This document shows positions 1-12,379 of a stretch of 64,000 bases of DNA, one piece after another. The first letter of the stretch is position 1; every line of letters starts with the position of its first letter. The position numbers and the translations under genes were made by a program. This DNA comes from Eledone cirrhosa (lineage: Eukaryota), in the NCBI GenBank assembly GCA_964016885.1, contig OZ024750.1, positions 11,532,001 to 11,596,000 of the forward strand. The letters run 5' to 3'. The notes beneath the pieces were generated by a model. It saw nothing but the letters and a program-made list of their open reading frames with translations, searched no databases and was not told where the DNA came from.

Positions 1-2124
1 ACAAAATCAATCTTTATTTGTTTATTCTAACTATTTTGAATAGAGTATAACGATGTTTAGCACCGATTTACAAAGATATTCAAACCATGATCATACCCTC
101 TTTTGTGTACATCTAGAGTTACATTTTTCAATATGATGTTTCTATTTTTTTAAGACTTGGGGATTTAAGGAGGGCTTGGCTGCTATGTCTAGCAAGTCGG
201 AAGATCACGTAGAGGCACCCCTTTTATTTGTTTATAATGTTGCAGCTGTCACATATGTCATTTCAAAACATTTAGTAAATAATCACGGTTACGATTTCCC
301 ATATTGAAATTAAATTGAATTTAAAATGTGAGAAAAAATAAACCTTATAAAAGCTTTAGGATTTCTCTTTAAGTAATTTTGTAATAAACCTAAATCTCTT
401 ATGTTTTTTCAATGAGTTTATAGGAAGAAGGGAAAAAAGCAATTTTGATCGTAGATTCAAATAAAAGAGATATATACTATACCAGATGGGACAATTACAT
501 TTCCACATTGCTGAAATAAATTTATAACTCAGGTGTTTTCTTTTGTCTTATCTATAATTTTATATTTGATTTTTAATTTTCTTTTTCTTTTTTTCCAATA
601 TTGCTATTTCTATCTACAGAAGAAAAGTTGTTGAGTAAATATAAAGATATAAAATAATAATAGAAACCGGGTATAAAGTACATTGGTATCATTTATTTGT
701 CCCTATACTAGAAAAGGATCTGAAAAGGAAATAAGGCATAGCTCCTCTTTCTCAGACGAAATTGTAAAATTTAAATAAACAAACATATGATATATAAACA
801 TATGTAAACCTTTAAAACTTGTCGAATATGGATATTCTGGTAAATATAATACAAAATATAGTTGAAATAAAATTAATATGGTTAATTATGGATAGAAACT
901 AAAATAAAAGGTTCACAAAACGTAGAAAAAGGTTAATAAAGAGATATTAGTTGACCGGAATATACATATGTATGAGGTAGTACATACATTTTTGTTAGAG
1001 AATTCCTTATATATACACATATTAGAAATATAAATAAAATAATATTTAAACTTACCAATCATTGTGGAGATATATTCACCAAATTTTGGCAATAAGTAGT
1101 TAGATAATGTCTAGTTTTCGGTAAAAAAAAATGTTAAAATATGTATGTTTACAACACTCCAGAAAGACTACAATGCTTATTTCCGTTTTATCCGGTGAAA
1201 GATGAAAATGTCCCGATAGTAAAATCCTTCCATGTGGTTCTCCTGTTTTGTTTGAAGTTTTGCAGTTATGTTGTTTATTTCTATAGCTCCATAAAGATTT
1301 AGGAAGATATATTAACATTACTAACATAATGAACAAATAGTTATATATATTTGAATTATTCAGTTCGTGTAAATTTTAAGTATCTAAAGAACTAGATATG
1401 ATATTGTCCCTATCAGATAAGATAAACGGACTACCCTTGGTTTTGACGAAGTTTTACACTAGTTTGCTCAACGGAACGGCTTATTCATTGGAATGGAGCA
1501 AAAATGGCTGAATATTCGATGTGTTGGCTCTTTAAATTACAGGTATATCCCTCCAAACAGTTTTACTCACAAGGCTTAGGTAGACTCGAAGCAGTGGGTC
1601 CTATTACTTTGAGCTGAAGCTTCGAAAATCCGTTTTTGTGTATTTTTCGATGTTTTTTTTTAAATTCATTTCGCTCAGCTACTGTGCAGTGTTTTTCATT
1701 TTTTTTAAATAGACTCATAAAGCGTCAAGGAAACATATTGAAACTTAAATATGTGATTTAACGATGGCTGAATCAATTATTCAATATTCCACAACTTATA
1801 AAGATGTGTTGTATCAAGTACCTTTGCCTGGGAGACAGCACAACGCCAAGGATAAGGTTCATCAACAGTACTTAACTGACTCAACCAGCGGATACACTAA
1901 GCCCGTCATAAGGCTTTAATGGTTGACGGATTTTGGAACAATCTGGCAGAGCACTAATTCAGGATAAACAACACCGTCAATCTTTTTCTTAATTTGAAGG
2001 TACACAATTGGAAAGAAGGCAGGGTGCAGTACTTCCTCTCCACCTTTACGTGGAGAGGAAAACTAGACTCAGTTTTTAAAGAAAACTTTCTTTGTATCTG
2101 CATTCTATAAGACTGGAAGCTCAA

Positions 2125-2330
2125 GTCTTTGCCTTAATAACTAAAATTCATATTTCCAATAGAATATATTTTTAAAGCAGCTTTTTTATTGCATCAAAAA
2201 TTACGGCTCTGATGTATGTGGTACCGTCTCTGCCTTAATAACTAAAATTCATATTTCCAATAAAATATATTTTTAAAGAAGCTGCTTTTTTATTGCATCA
2301 AAAATTACGGCTCTGATGAATCTGGTACCA
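2125..2330. repeat. Tandem duplication, ~101-bp unit x2
   Basis: gccttaataactaaaattcatatttccaat recurs at 2131 and 2232. Confidence 0.85.
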
Positions 2331-2859
2331 ACGACAGTTTCTATGTTGTGTTTAAGTCAGTTGCCAAGTGATTGAAACCATTCCAAGACGTTTACAGAAA
2401 ACTACCGGCACCATATTCCAAGATAATGAGTACCGGCCAAAGAATATTGATTATTCTTCAGCTGACCTCCGGATTGAAAGCAGCCCGTCTGAGGAAGGAA
2501 CCTCGCGAGCAGGGCCGGATTTAATGGAGGATGGGGAAATTTCCCCGGGGCCCCTGCAGTGTGTGTGGGGGGGGGGGCACAAGCGACAGCCGTAGAAATA
2601 TATTTGTGCCCTCAGCTGGGCTTTTTAGTTTTACGATGGTTAGAATTTTTGAATTTGATACCTGTATCAGGGATGGTGGAATTGAAGGGGGGGGCGGGAC
2701 ATGCCCAACCCTCCTTAATAATTATATTTTTCTCCCCAAACTACCAAAACACGTGTCAATGTGTATATGCGCTACAATTTATGTGCATGTTATGTAGAGA
2801 CAGTTCGGAGATATAGAGAAGGGGAGAGTTTGGTGGTAATTGATATAGACAGGGTGAAT

Positions 2860-2965
2860 GAAGTACCCCACAAGGTCTAAATCCAACCCTGCTCGCGAGG
2901 TGGCGTGGCTGTAGCTGCCATTGTCCGCGGAAATGCATTCGCCATTTTGTTTGCGGGCAGCAACC
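2860..2965 (+). mobile_element. CRE-clade non-LTR retrotransposon 3' remnant
   Basis: Translates to REVAWL...AIVRGNAFAILFAG, the C-terminal CRE motif. A second xEPRE piece lies at ~2480-2510. Confidence 0.65.
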
Positions 2966-4312
2966 TAAATACTGCTGTCACTCTCTCCCCTCTCTTTCTT
3001 CCTTTGCCTAATAATCCTTGCTCTTTCCCTCCTTTTCCTCTCATTTATAACATTTATAGTCCTTCCCAATAGTACTTTCTTTTTCTGTATGTTTGACTAA
3101 ATATTAAATTCTTTATTATTCCAGAATCGTTATCTAATTATCTCCCTTTATATTCTAAGTTTAAATCAGGCCCAAGTTAAAGTTATCCCATCATCTTAAT
3201 CAAGGAAGGACACATTGGATGAAGTAGTCGTAGAAATGCCTTTAAAACGGGATGGTCGTGGCTGAAAAGCTTTTAACGCAGGTTTATTCAATCATGATTG
3301 GCCTGAGGCTAAATAACAACAACAACATTTGGACACCCAGGACTGACAATGAGAAACGGAAAAAGAAACTGCGTCGGAATTTTAGGTCAAAATGCGAAGG
3401 AGGAAAATATAGGAAACGACAATGAAATAAGTAAAATTACGTATTGAGTTAAATCCGTCTTGAGAGAAGCGACCACAAGTAAGACTGAGCCAGAAGTAAA
3501 ATTAGGTATCAAGTTAAGCGTGTCTTGAGAGGAGTGATCACCAATAAGACTGTCTGGGCCAGACGTAAAACTAGGTATCAATTTAGGCGTGTCCTGAGAG
3601 GACTTACCACAATAAGACTGTCTGAGCCAGAATTTGTTTACTGTAGACCACAGGTTCTCAACCCATTTAGGCCAAACGCCCCCTTTTGTCCCTCGAAATC
3701 ACGAAACGCCCCTCTACCCTATTTTTCCATTTTTCAATATACTACTGATTTTGATATCAGTAGATTACTAAAAAAATTGATTAACAATATTCCAAAGATA
3801 TCATTGCAGGCAGCTGAGAGTATAAATACATTCCTTGAAAGGAAATATATAAATTTCAAAAAAAGGAACATAAATGTTCTTTTTTATGAATAAGGACCAG
3901 TTGAATTTGTTATATTCCCACCAGGCGATACCAGCTATTTTGAACATTTATACAAGAGCAACTCTATCCAAAGAGTGCTCTTATCTGGAAGAAAGTGGCA
4001 ATTATATCATTTCAAAGCTTTCCAATTTTCCCTTTAATGAAACAGACAGAATAAATGTTGATATCTAACTTGATGTCCCCTCTGCTTTGTGAGCTTAGAG
4101 ACCACGGAAGAGGGTTTTCATGACCACGCGGGAGGGTATATTTATTAGTAAATGGTAAAATATATACAACAAATGAGTAAGTGAATTGTAGTAGATGGTT
4201 TCCAGTCCAGTCAGACTGCAACTACAAATAAAAAAAAATTGTTAGTTTACTTTGTAACAATAGCATATCTAAGTTTTCGGATAAATCAACTTACTTTAAC
4301 TTTGACCTCATT

Positions 4313-5375
4313 TCAATGGGACCCTTGAACTTCATGGAGTCTAGCTAACTCTTTGACGTCAGGCTGGATTTTCGTAAGATGTAGCCGAAGATCTCCACAT
4401 GTAATTACATTGTAGCGGTTGTGAGCCTTACTGTGCAGTCTGGAAACAGCACCAAACCTCCTCTTGACTAAGTATGAGCTTGGAAAAGGCAGAGCAAATC
4501 TCTTAGCCTCTGCATGTAGGTGTGGAAATCGACGCTAAATTTCCTCTTGCATCCAAAAACGGGGTTCACCTATTTTGGGAAATCTAATTTTGATCATGTC
4601 ATCTGCTTGAAGTTCAATGAATTCTTCCTGAAATATAACGTCCAAATCATCGACGTTAGCTATGAAGGGATCTGCTACCCACATTGGGATGTCCATCGGC
4701 AAAAGGTCGACAAACCGTTCTCTCATGTTGTCTTGTAGCGCACAGAGGTGAGCGGTATACATTTGGAGTTGGTCATCGCTTACAATGTTTTGAACATTGG
4801 CGACACTAGGAAAATTATAGAATTCCCGTCAACAAAGATTCCTTTCGATGACATTCATTTTGGCCAGGAATGTTTTCACAGCATTCCTTGTTTAAGCAAG
4901 GTGATCTTCTTCCCCTGCAAAGCCAAAATGACGATAATGCATTTGTCAACGATGTCGGTGAGGTAGGCGCAGTTTTGCCTCATATCGAGGGTTTTCTTGT
5001 ACAGTTCTGTGTTGCGTCCTCGCAGAAACCCAATGATAGAGTCGAACAGTTCAAAGAAGTGAGTAAGGCACTTGCCCTTTGAAAGCCACCTCACTTCAGT
5101 ATGAAGGAGCAGCTTGGCGAATTCTTCGTCATTATCTTGGCACAGTTGCCGGAAAATTTGTTCATTGAGGGAATGCCATTTGATAAAATTGATGACATCA
5201 AGGGCCACCTGCAAGGACTTGCTCAGTGGCTTGCTGAGTTTCTTCACAGCCAAGTGTTGTCGATGAATGACACAATGAACAACAAATACAGATAGATTTT
5301 CTCTCTTCAGAAGAGTGACGAAACCCTTATGTTGGCCGACCATTGCTCTTGCGTCGTCCGTAGCACATGATACAA
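4313..5375 (-). pseudogene. hAT/Buster transposase C-terminal half (ZBED5/SCAND3/FAM200-like), frameshifted
   Basis: HCVIHRQHL (CxxH), LLLHTEVRWLS (RW motif), PFPSSYLVKRRF dimerisation region, C-terminal QGSH*. Split over several frames. Confidence 0.9.
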
Positions 5376-5377
5376 TG

Positions 5378-5735
5378 TGTGTTGTATTTGGTCCTAGATG
5401 TATGTATTACCTGCCTGTGTGTTGTAGGTAGTCCTAGATGTATGCATTACTTGCTATGTATTGCATGTGGTCCTAGATGTATGTATTACCTGATTACGTG
5501 TTGTATGTGGTCCTAGATGTTTGTATTACCTGATTATGTGTTGTATGTGGTCCTTGATGTTTGTATTACCTGCTTATGTGTTGTATGTGGTCTTAAATGT
5601 ATGTATTACTTGCCTGTGTGTTGTATGTGGTCCTAGATGTGTGTGCTACCTCCTTATGTATTGTATGTGGTCCTAGATGTGTGTATTATCTGATTATGTG
5701 TTCTATGTGGTCCTAGATGTGTGTGCTACCCGCTT
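5378..5735. repeat. Minisatellite, ~40-bp unit x ~9, inside the Buster element
   Basis: tgtgttgtatgtggtcctagatgtatgtattacctg repeats; gtcctagatg at 5391, 5431, 5470, 5510 and onward. Confidence 0.9.
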
Positions 5736-7112
5736 CTGGGATTTTTCTTTTTTCTTTTTTTTTATTTGTAATATTATTTATACAATAGGAAATAAAATAT
5801 ATCTACATAGTGTTAACTCGTTACGGTTGAGTCAATAATTTCAGACATGAAATACATTGTTATCGGTGAAGGAAAGACAAGATTCTAACTGGCTGCGCTT
5901 GAAGTGTCCTTGACCCAGTTGACTGTGGGTTTTTCCATTGTTAGGGTCTCAATTGCCGGGTAATGTCTAAACACGCCTGCACTCCTGCTCACAGCTGCAG
6001 TCAGACCATAGTTATGCTGTTTGCATGCTCATTCAAATGCATTCACACTGGCTGTCTCAAAGACATACAAATATGGCTTATAAAACTTACCAAAGTAAAG
6101 AGCCTTCCAGTGCACTCCAAACGTCCCCCTAATGCCCCCTTGCTCCGAAACGCCCCCCGTTGAGAACCTTTGCTGTAGACAAAAGATGTATTAGATAGCA
6201 TAACCATAAATGGGGGGGGGGGGGGTCGTAGTCATGTGACAGTGAGTTTTGTCAGAGATGCAGGTGTTTTAAGATATGTTTAGTGGGATGTTCCATTATG
6301 TACTGAGAATGGATATAGAGGGTGGTACTCATATGGTGCTGGGTTGGGTGGGGGGATTACATGTTCAATCCTGAGCAAAATATGTGTCCAGAAAATGTTT
6401 TGAATTTAACACATCACAGAAAAGGTCTTCGAAATGACATTTCTTTCCTTGTTGGTTAGTTCCTGCTAATGTATTACTCATATCAACATAATTAGGTGGG
6501 GTTTCAGGAAGAAAGATAAGCTACAAAACGCAAGTATGGCGCCAGAAGGTGGAATTATCTTTTATTTACAGATATTTTTTGGTCTTTTCCTGCCTCTTTA
6601 GTAATTTGTTTTTCGTCAAATGTCCCAAAACACTGCACTTTAAAAGACATATCAATAGAACCAGACCGAAAAAATAAATAAAATCTTGGCGTTTCATTTA
6701 AACTGCATTATACAAACTATGTTTATACGAAGATGACAAATCTCGGTTTATTTTTCTATCTTAGTATTTATCTAGCAAGCTAGCTATGTGGTGGAAGTAC
6801 GTGTGTGTGTTTGATTCTGTGAGGGTACATATGTGTGTATACGTGTGGGTTAGTGTGTATGTGTGTGTACGTACGTACGTGTGTGTACGTACGTGTGTGT
6901 ATGTGTGCTGTGTAAATTTTCCAAGCAAAGCTTATGAGATGACAAAATACTGTTTCTGTCTATTCATTTATTAGCTAGCTAGGAAGATAGATATATTTAT
7001 ACATGACAGAAACAAAAGACAAAATAGAGGAAAAGTTTATGAGCAGGCAGAAGAAGAGGCACAAAAGAGAACAGATAGTCATTGAGGAGGTCACAGGATA
7101 TGTTCCACCGCC

Positions 7113-7178
<66 letters not shown>

Positions 7179-7181
<3 letters not shown>

Positions 7182-7540
7182 AAGTTTTATTTAAATTGTT
7201 GGGTTACAACGAGTAAATATTTATAACTGATATAAAAGCACTCAACAAGTATTTGGAGTATATTTACGATATTAAATAAATGGAAACTATATTTATAAAA
7301 CCATATCTATTTCACTATATATATTTCAGGGATATCATATTAAAAATTTGGTACTACCAAATCAACTTTTTAAATGGAAGTTGAAGTTGTAAGGTATGTC
7401 AAATCTATCTATTTATAAGACTGTTTATATTGTATTTTGTCTGATGAAGGCATACCATATTTTTAATATGATATCCCTGAAATATATATAGTGAAATAGA
7501 TATGGTTTTATAAATATAGTTTCCATTTATTTAATATCGT
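7179..7540. mobile_element. Palindromic (TA)n-flanked element, family A (Penelope-like end)
   Basis: 82-bp inverted arms 7266-7347 / 7459-7540, (TA)n on both sides, related copy at 42014-42181. Confidence 0.7.
7433..7498 (+). ncRNA. Putative type I hammerhead ribozyme, family A (degenerate)
   Basis: tattttgt-CTGATGA-agg..hairpin..cct-GAAA-tatata-TA-gtgaaata. Stem I relies on G-U pairs. Confidence 0.55.
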
Positions 7541-7564
7541 ATATATATATATATATATATATAT

Positions 7565-7694
7565 AACGAAGGAATTGTGGTAAGGAACCAGATGGGCCAT
7601 AACGCACCAAAGTACCCAATACTTAGGGTAGTAGAGTGGGTACAGAAATAGCCGTCGAAACGGCTTGAGCTCTGCCGTCGGGGTCATACTTGTT

Positions 7695-7698
<4 letters not shown>
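7565..7698. mobile_element. (TA)n-flanked element, family C (Penelope-like end)
   Basis: aacgaagga..tgtggtaaggaaccagatg..ccataacgcacca consensus, also at ~10060, 23857, 24280, 27211, 27449 and 41875. Confidence 0.7.
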
Positions 7699-7769
<71 letters not shown>

Positions 7770-7782
7770 ATAAGGGGCGGTG

Positions 7783-7874
<92 letters not shown>

Positions 7875-8409
7875 GAAATTGGAAATAGCACGGAAAATAT
7901 ATTTTAAGGATCTGCTGTTTTGGGGGGTTTTTTTCCTATCTTTGATTCATCAAAGAGACATTATTGAAAAAATGAGAAATACAATTCTTTTAAAAAAGAG
8001 TTTTATAATGTATATAAAATATATAAAGTATAATGTATATAAAGTATAATGTATATAAAATATATAAAGTATAATGTATATAAAATATATAAAATATAAC
8101 CGGTTTCGATGTATTAGTAAAATCCATCTTATCAAATGTTGAGTATTACAATTAAAAAGAATTAATAAGAATTAAAAATTAAAAATTAAAGATTTTTCGC
8201 TTTCCAGTATACTCAGCTGAAATAAAATACCAGCCCATAGCTGGGTGTTTAATCCTATGATGGATTGGCGTCCTATCCAGGTGGGGGTGAGGTGTGTCTT
8301 GTGCTCTCAGTCACTTCACGCCACGGAAACAGTGATGAGTACTGGCCTGATGAGTTTCCTGGTTCTTGACACACTATGGAGGTTGTAGGTGTACAGTAAT
8401 AACCAATAG

Positions 8410-8660
8410 ACGCATGGCTTAGTGGTTAGAGCATTGGGCTTGCTTAGTGGTTAGAGCATTGCTTCAATTCTCAGACCGGGTGATGTGTTGTTTCCTTGAG
8501 CAAGACACTTTATGTCATGTTGTTCCAGTTTACTCAGCTGTAGAAATGAGATGATAGGACTGGGGTCCCTATCATTAAATCACCCAAGACACCTCCAACG
8601 AGATATACCTTGGAGGAGGCCAGCTAAACCTGCATAGGTGTGAGCTGTAACAACAACAAT
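8410..8660 (+). mobile_element. tRNA-derived SINE (type 2)
   Basis: A-box tggcttagtggttag, ccttgagcaagacacttt core, (aac)n tail. Near-identical copy at 46733-46985. Confidence 0.8.
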
Positions 8661-8677
8661 AGACGCTCTCTCTCTAA

Positions 8678-8715
<38 letters not shown>

Positions 8716-9104
8716 ATCTTTACCTGGTCAGCAGCCAATTTCATGTTTGTCCACCATCTTTCTTCGTGTCTATTCCTTCATGCTGCTCACCACCACCACC
8801 ACCTCTCCCTCCCTTTCGTCTTCTGACGTTACTATTCTTACTGGTCGTTTGTCCGTACATGACAATATATTCATTAGAGCTAGGAAGATGTTAGTGGGGT
8901 TGTGTGACTTCCCTTTCCAGCTTTTGACAAGTGACGGAAAGGATTCGCTTTCCCAACAATTTCTTTCATAACACTTGAGCTTCTATTCATGGAATGCTAA
9001 GAATTTTTCTCTCAAATTTCATTTCAAAGGCCTTGATCTTTTTTTTTTAACGTTCAGCATCCAACGTCCATGATTCTCCCTCATAAAGGATTACTATTGT
9101 CCTT

Positions 9105-9299
9105 AATAATTGTTTCTACTTTAGGCACAAGGCCAGCAATTACGCCAGTGCATTACTGGTACTTTATTTTATCGACCCCGTAAGGATGAAAGGCAAAGTT
9201 AACCTCGGCAGGATTTGAACTCAGAATGGCAACGGCCGTAACTCTATGCTGGAAAGCATGGCGTCCGACCCTCTACCGATACTGCCAATCCACCGCCCC
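9105..9299 (-). mobile_element. tRNA-derived Meta-domain SINE (type 1)
   Basis: Reverse complement has A-box tggcagtatcggtag, B-box gagttcaaatcc, and gcctttcatccttacggggtcgataaaataaagtacc. Confidence 0.88.
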
Positions 9300-9490
9300 T
9301 TAATATAGTCCTTAGTAATAACCACAATGTCTTATTATACTACAGTCTTTCTTCTTCTAGTGTAAGAGGAGACCGTTGTCGTTCCCCTGATCTAGATCAA
9401 ACATCAGTGATCAGTTTCCAGGGCTCACCAGGAAGGGAGTTGACAACTTGGGCACCACTCAGTTAAAAAATAACATTATTCTCTCAGAAT

Positions 9491-9712
9491 GGGCGGTGGA
9501 TTGGCAGTATCGGTAGAGGGTCGGACGCCATGCTTTGCAGCATAGAGTTACGGCACTTTATGATGTGAGCTCAAATCCGGCCGAGGTTAACTTTGCCTTT
9601 CATCCTTATGGGGTCGATAAAATAAAGTACCAGTCACGCACTGGGGTCGATTTAATCGACTTTCCCCTCCCCCCAAATTACTGGCTTTGTGCCTATATAA
9701 GAAACCATTATT
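9491..9712 (+). mobile_element. Meta-domain SINE (type 1), full length with TSD
   Basis: Same consensus; flanking direct repeat cattattctctcagaatgg. Confidence 0.9.
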
Positions 9713-9729
9713 CTCTCAGAATGGTCATT

Positions 9730-9917
9730 CTATGAAAGTACGTTGGTCAGTCTATGAAGGAGTGATGTCAGAGCTGTGAAATCTTGCAAGCATTAATTTC
9801 AACTCTCGTTATTAATAACTGCATAGTTTCTTTCCAGGGGACTATGTTGAAAAATAAACCTCATTTTGGTCATTCCATGAGAGTATTTTGGTCAGTCTGT
9901 AAACCTTTCAACCGACC

Positions 9918-9922
<5 letters not shown>
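9730..9922 (-). mobile_element. Mariner-derived MITE
   Basis: End reads gagggtcggttgaaaggtt on the minus strand; homologous to tacgagggtcggctgaaaagttt at 19661-19772. Confidence 0.6.
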
Positions 9923-10007
<85 letters not shown>

Positions 10008-10012
10008 TATAT

Positions 10013-10055
<43 letters not shown>

Positions 10056-10178
10056 CAGAAAGGGTGAGGTAAACACCAGCTAGACCATAACTCACCAGAG
10101 TACTCGATACTTGAGCTGAGCTCCAGCCGTTTCGACAGTTAGATCTGGAGCTCAGCTGTCGGGGTCCTGAATCCTTTC

Positions 10179-10248
<70 letters not shown>

Positions 10249-10439
10249 ATACTTTGGGAGGGTCATGCTGCCAATATCGGTTTCAACACACGATTTCAGA
10301 TAAAGAATCTTGCTAAACAAATTCAGAAACGAAATATATATGACATGTTCACCTCCCCACTTAAATTCTATAATATCAGATCAACCGTTCTAGGTTATTT
10401 ATTTCGGTTTTAATTTTCTAATTGTTTTAAAGACATTTA

Positions 10440-10650
10440 TGGCTCCATTTATAAATGGTTGATATCTTTTGGGGATGGAAATATAATGAATTTGGTTATT
10501 ATATAACCCTTCGGGTGAACACCATGTTATTTTTATAGACCATTTGTTCTTGAATATTATGTTGACTATTATTACTTTGTGTTGTGTTCCAAATTCTAAT
10601 AATATCATCCCCTCACTCTGCTGTTTTTCCAATCCCCCATTTACCAATTG
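10440..10650 (-). mobile_element. LINE (RTE-like) AP-endonuclease fragment
   Basis: EGMILLEFG..VIIVNIIFKNK..ITWCSPEG..NQIHYISI matches the APE TWxSP / QIDYI motifs. Confidence 0.8.
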
Positions 10651-11039
10651 TTTTATTCCGAGGTACCTTGAATTATAAGTAGACATTTCGAATTTCATAG
10701 TTAATTTTTTTCATTTTTTTTCTTTTTTTTATTATTGTTGCTAATCTTGATAGAATTTCTCCACTTTTTCTTCATTACAATCGTGAAGTGAAACATTAAT
10801 TTGTATGATTAAACTATAGGAATAGATCGGTCTCGATTTTGGTTGGTAGACAATGTTATTCGGTTTACCCCCAACATGGTCTATGAATGCCTTTAGCAAA
10901 CTCCATTTTGATACAAGTATCGGATCAGGTATCTGAGCTGAAGATAATTTCGTCCTTTCCTTTCATTTGTATTGGACGCCATGAAAACTAAAACATAAAT
11001 GTGGAGTTGACTTTAAACCAAATTCTAAATATTATGTGT

Positions 11040-11230
11040 GCGGTGGATTGGCAGTATCGATAGAGCGTTGGAAACCATACTTTGCAGCATAGAGTTATGC
11101 CCCTTTACGGTCTGAGTTCAAATTCCGCCGAGGTTAATTTTGCCTTTCATCCTTACGGGGTCGATAAAATAAAGTACCAGTAATGCACTGAGATAATTGC
11201 TGGCCTTGTGCCAAAAGTAGAAGCAATTAT
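11040..11230 (+). mobile_element. Meta-domain SINE (type 1)
   Basis: Same consensus as 9491. Confidence 0.88.
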
Positions 11231-12109
11231 GTGTGTTCTGTTAATGTGGTGGGGTAACTAAATACATACATATACACCAGGTCCAAACACAATTGAACCA
11301 AACTCCTACTGTCGCTGCCTCCGTCTCTCCCGCTCTCCACTTCTCTCACTATTGTGAACAAATGAGGGCCCACGCGCTGGAGTTATGGTGCGAAACATGG
11401 CGCTCTACCGTGCTCTGTCGTTTCTAATTTTTTGACCAACCTGAGTTTCAATTATTTTGAAGGAAATTACTGGAAAAATCTTTGAAACACTCCTATATAT
11501 TTCTTCTGATCTCTTCTCGAAATAAGTTTACATTTAAATTAAACCCTCTCTACTTACTAATCATTCATATCCTCAAGTCGTAAACCCATGTACGTCTTTT
11601 TAAGAATAATTGTCCAAACTATGTACAAAAAGGAAGTCCATTAATATCAGATATAAAAATACATATTTTCTGTTGTGGACAAAACGAGAGAAAAATAAAC
11701 TAGTTCAAGACCAATTATTGTATGATTCGTTATTTACAGAAATATTTGTATGTAACGTCTATGGTTACGTGTTTCTATTGCCTTAAAGTAACAAGCAAGA
11801 GATGCTAATGAGAAAAGTAGCGGCGATATTTGAGTAAAGTTGACACTTTGAAGCGGAACTTGAGGTCAGTTTTGAATAGAATAGTTTTAACTGCGAAATA
11901 GTCAAGGAAATATTCGGTTTTAGTGATGATAACATATGGGGTGGAGTGAAGAATGGAAAAAGGGTGTTTGTTTGACTTTCATACGAACAAATGTTTATTT
12001 TTATACTTTGCATAATAAACAGGAAAAAAGAAAAAAATAATACTGAAAACAACAGGGGGGGGGGAGAAGGGGTAGACTCTACACCCCTGATTAGACGGTA
12101 TATCCCAGC

Positions 12110-12250
12110 TAAACCCCTCAGACAAGGTGGCGAAAGCATTGTGGTCGCAGAGAACAGCTTGCTGCATCACCCATTCCACCTCACAGGGTTCCTTCCTCGG
12201 GTAGGATATACTCCTTCCAATTTTGCGAAGGAAAAGGGTCTGTAGGGCGT
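12110..12250 (-). mobile_element. CRE-clade 3' remnant
   Basis: LRKIGRSISYPRKEPCEVEWVMQQAV...NAFATLSEG. Confidence 0.65.
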
Positions 12251-12379
12251 CGGAATTAATGCTTTACAATATGTCTGCTGGCTATTAATGGATAATATTC
12301 GAATCCACCGATGTCAACTTTACCTTTCATTCTTCGAAGTCGACTAAATAAAGTATTAGTCAAATACTAGGGTCTATAT

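Larger units (their letters stand above)
3649..6172 (-). mobile_element. hAT (Buster subfamily) DNA transposon, internally deleted and decayed
   Basis: TIRs cacaggttctcaac / gttgagaacctttg (13/14 match). 8-bp TSD ctgtagac at 3641-3648 and 6173-6180 with central TA. Confidence 0.92.

Noticed and set aside
9491-9590. SINE heads as tRNA genes
   Set aside because: A and B boxes are present but there is no full cloverleaf, and they continue into SINE bodies
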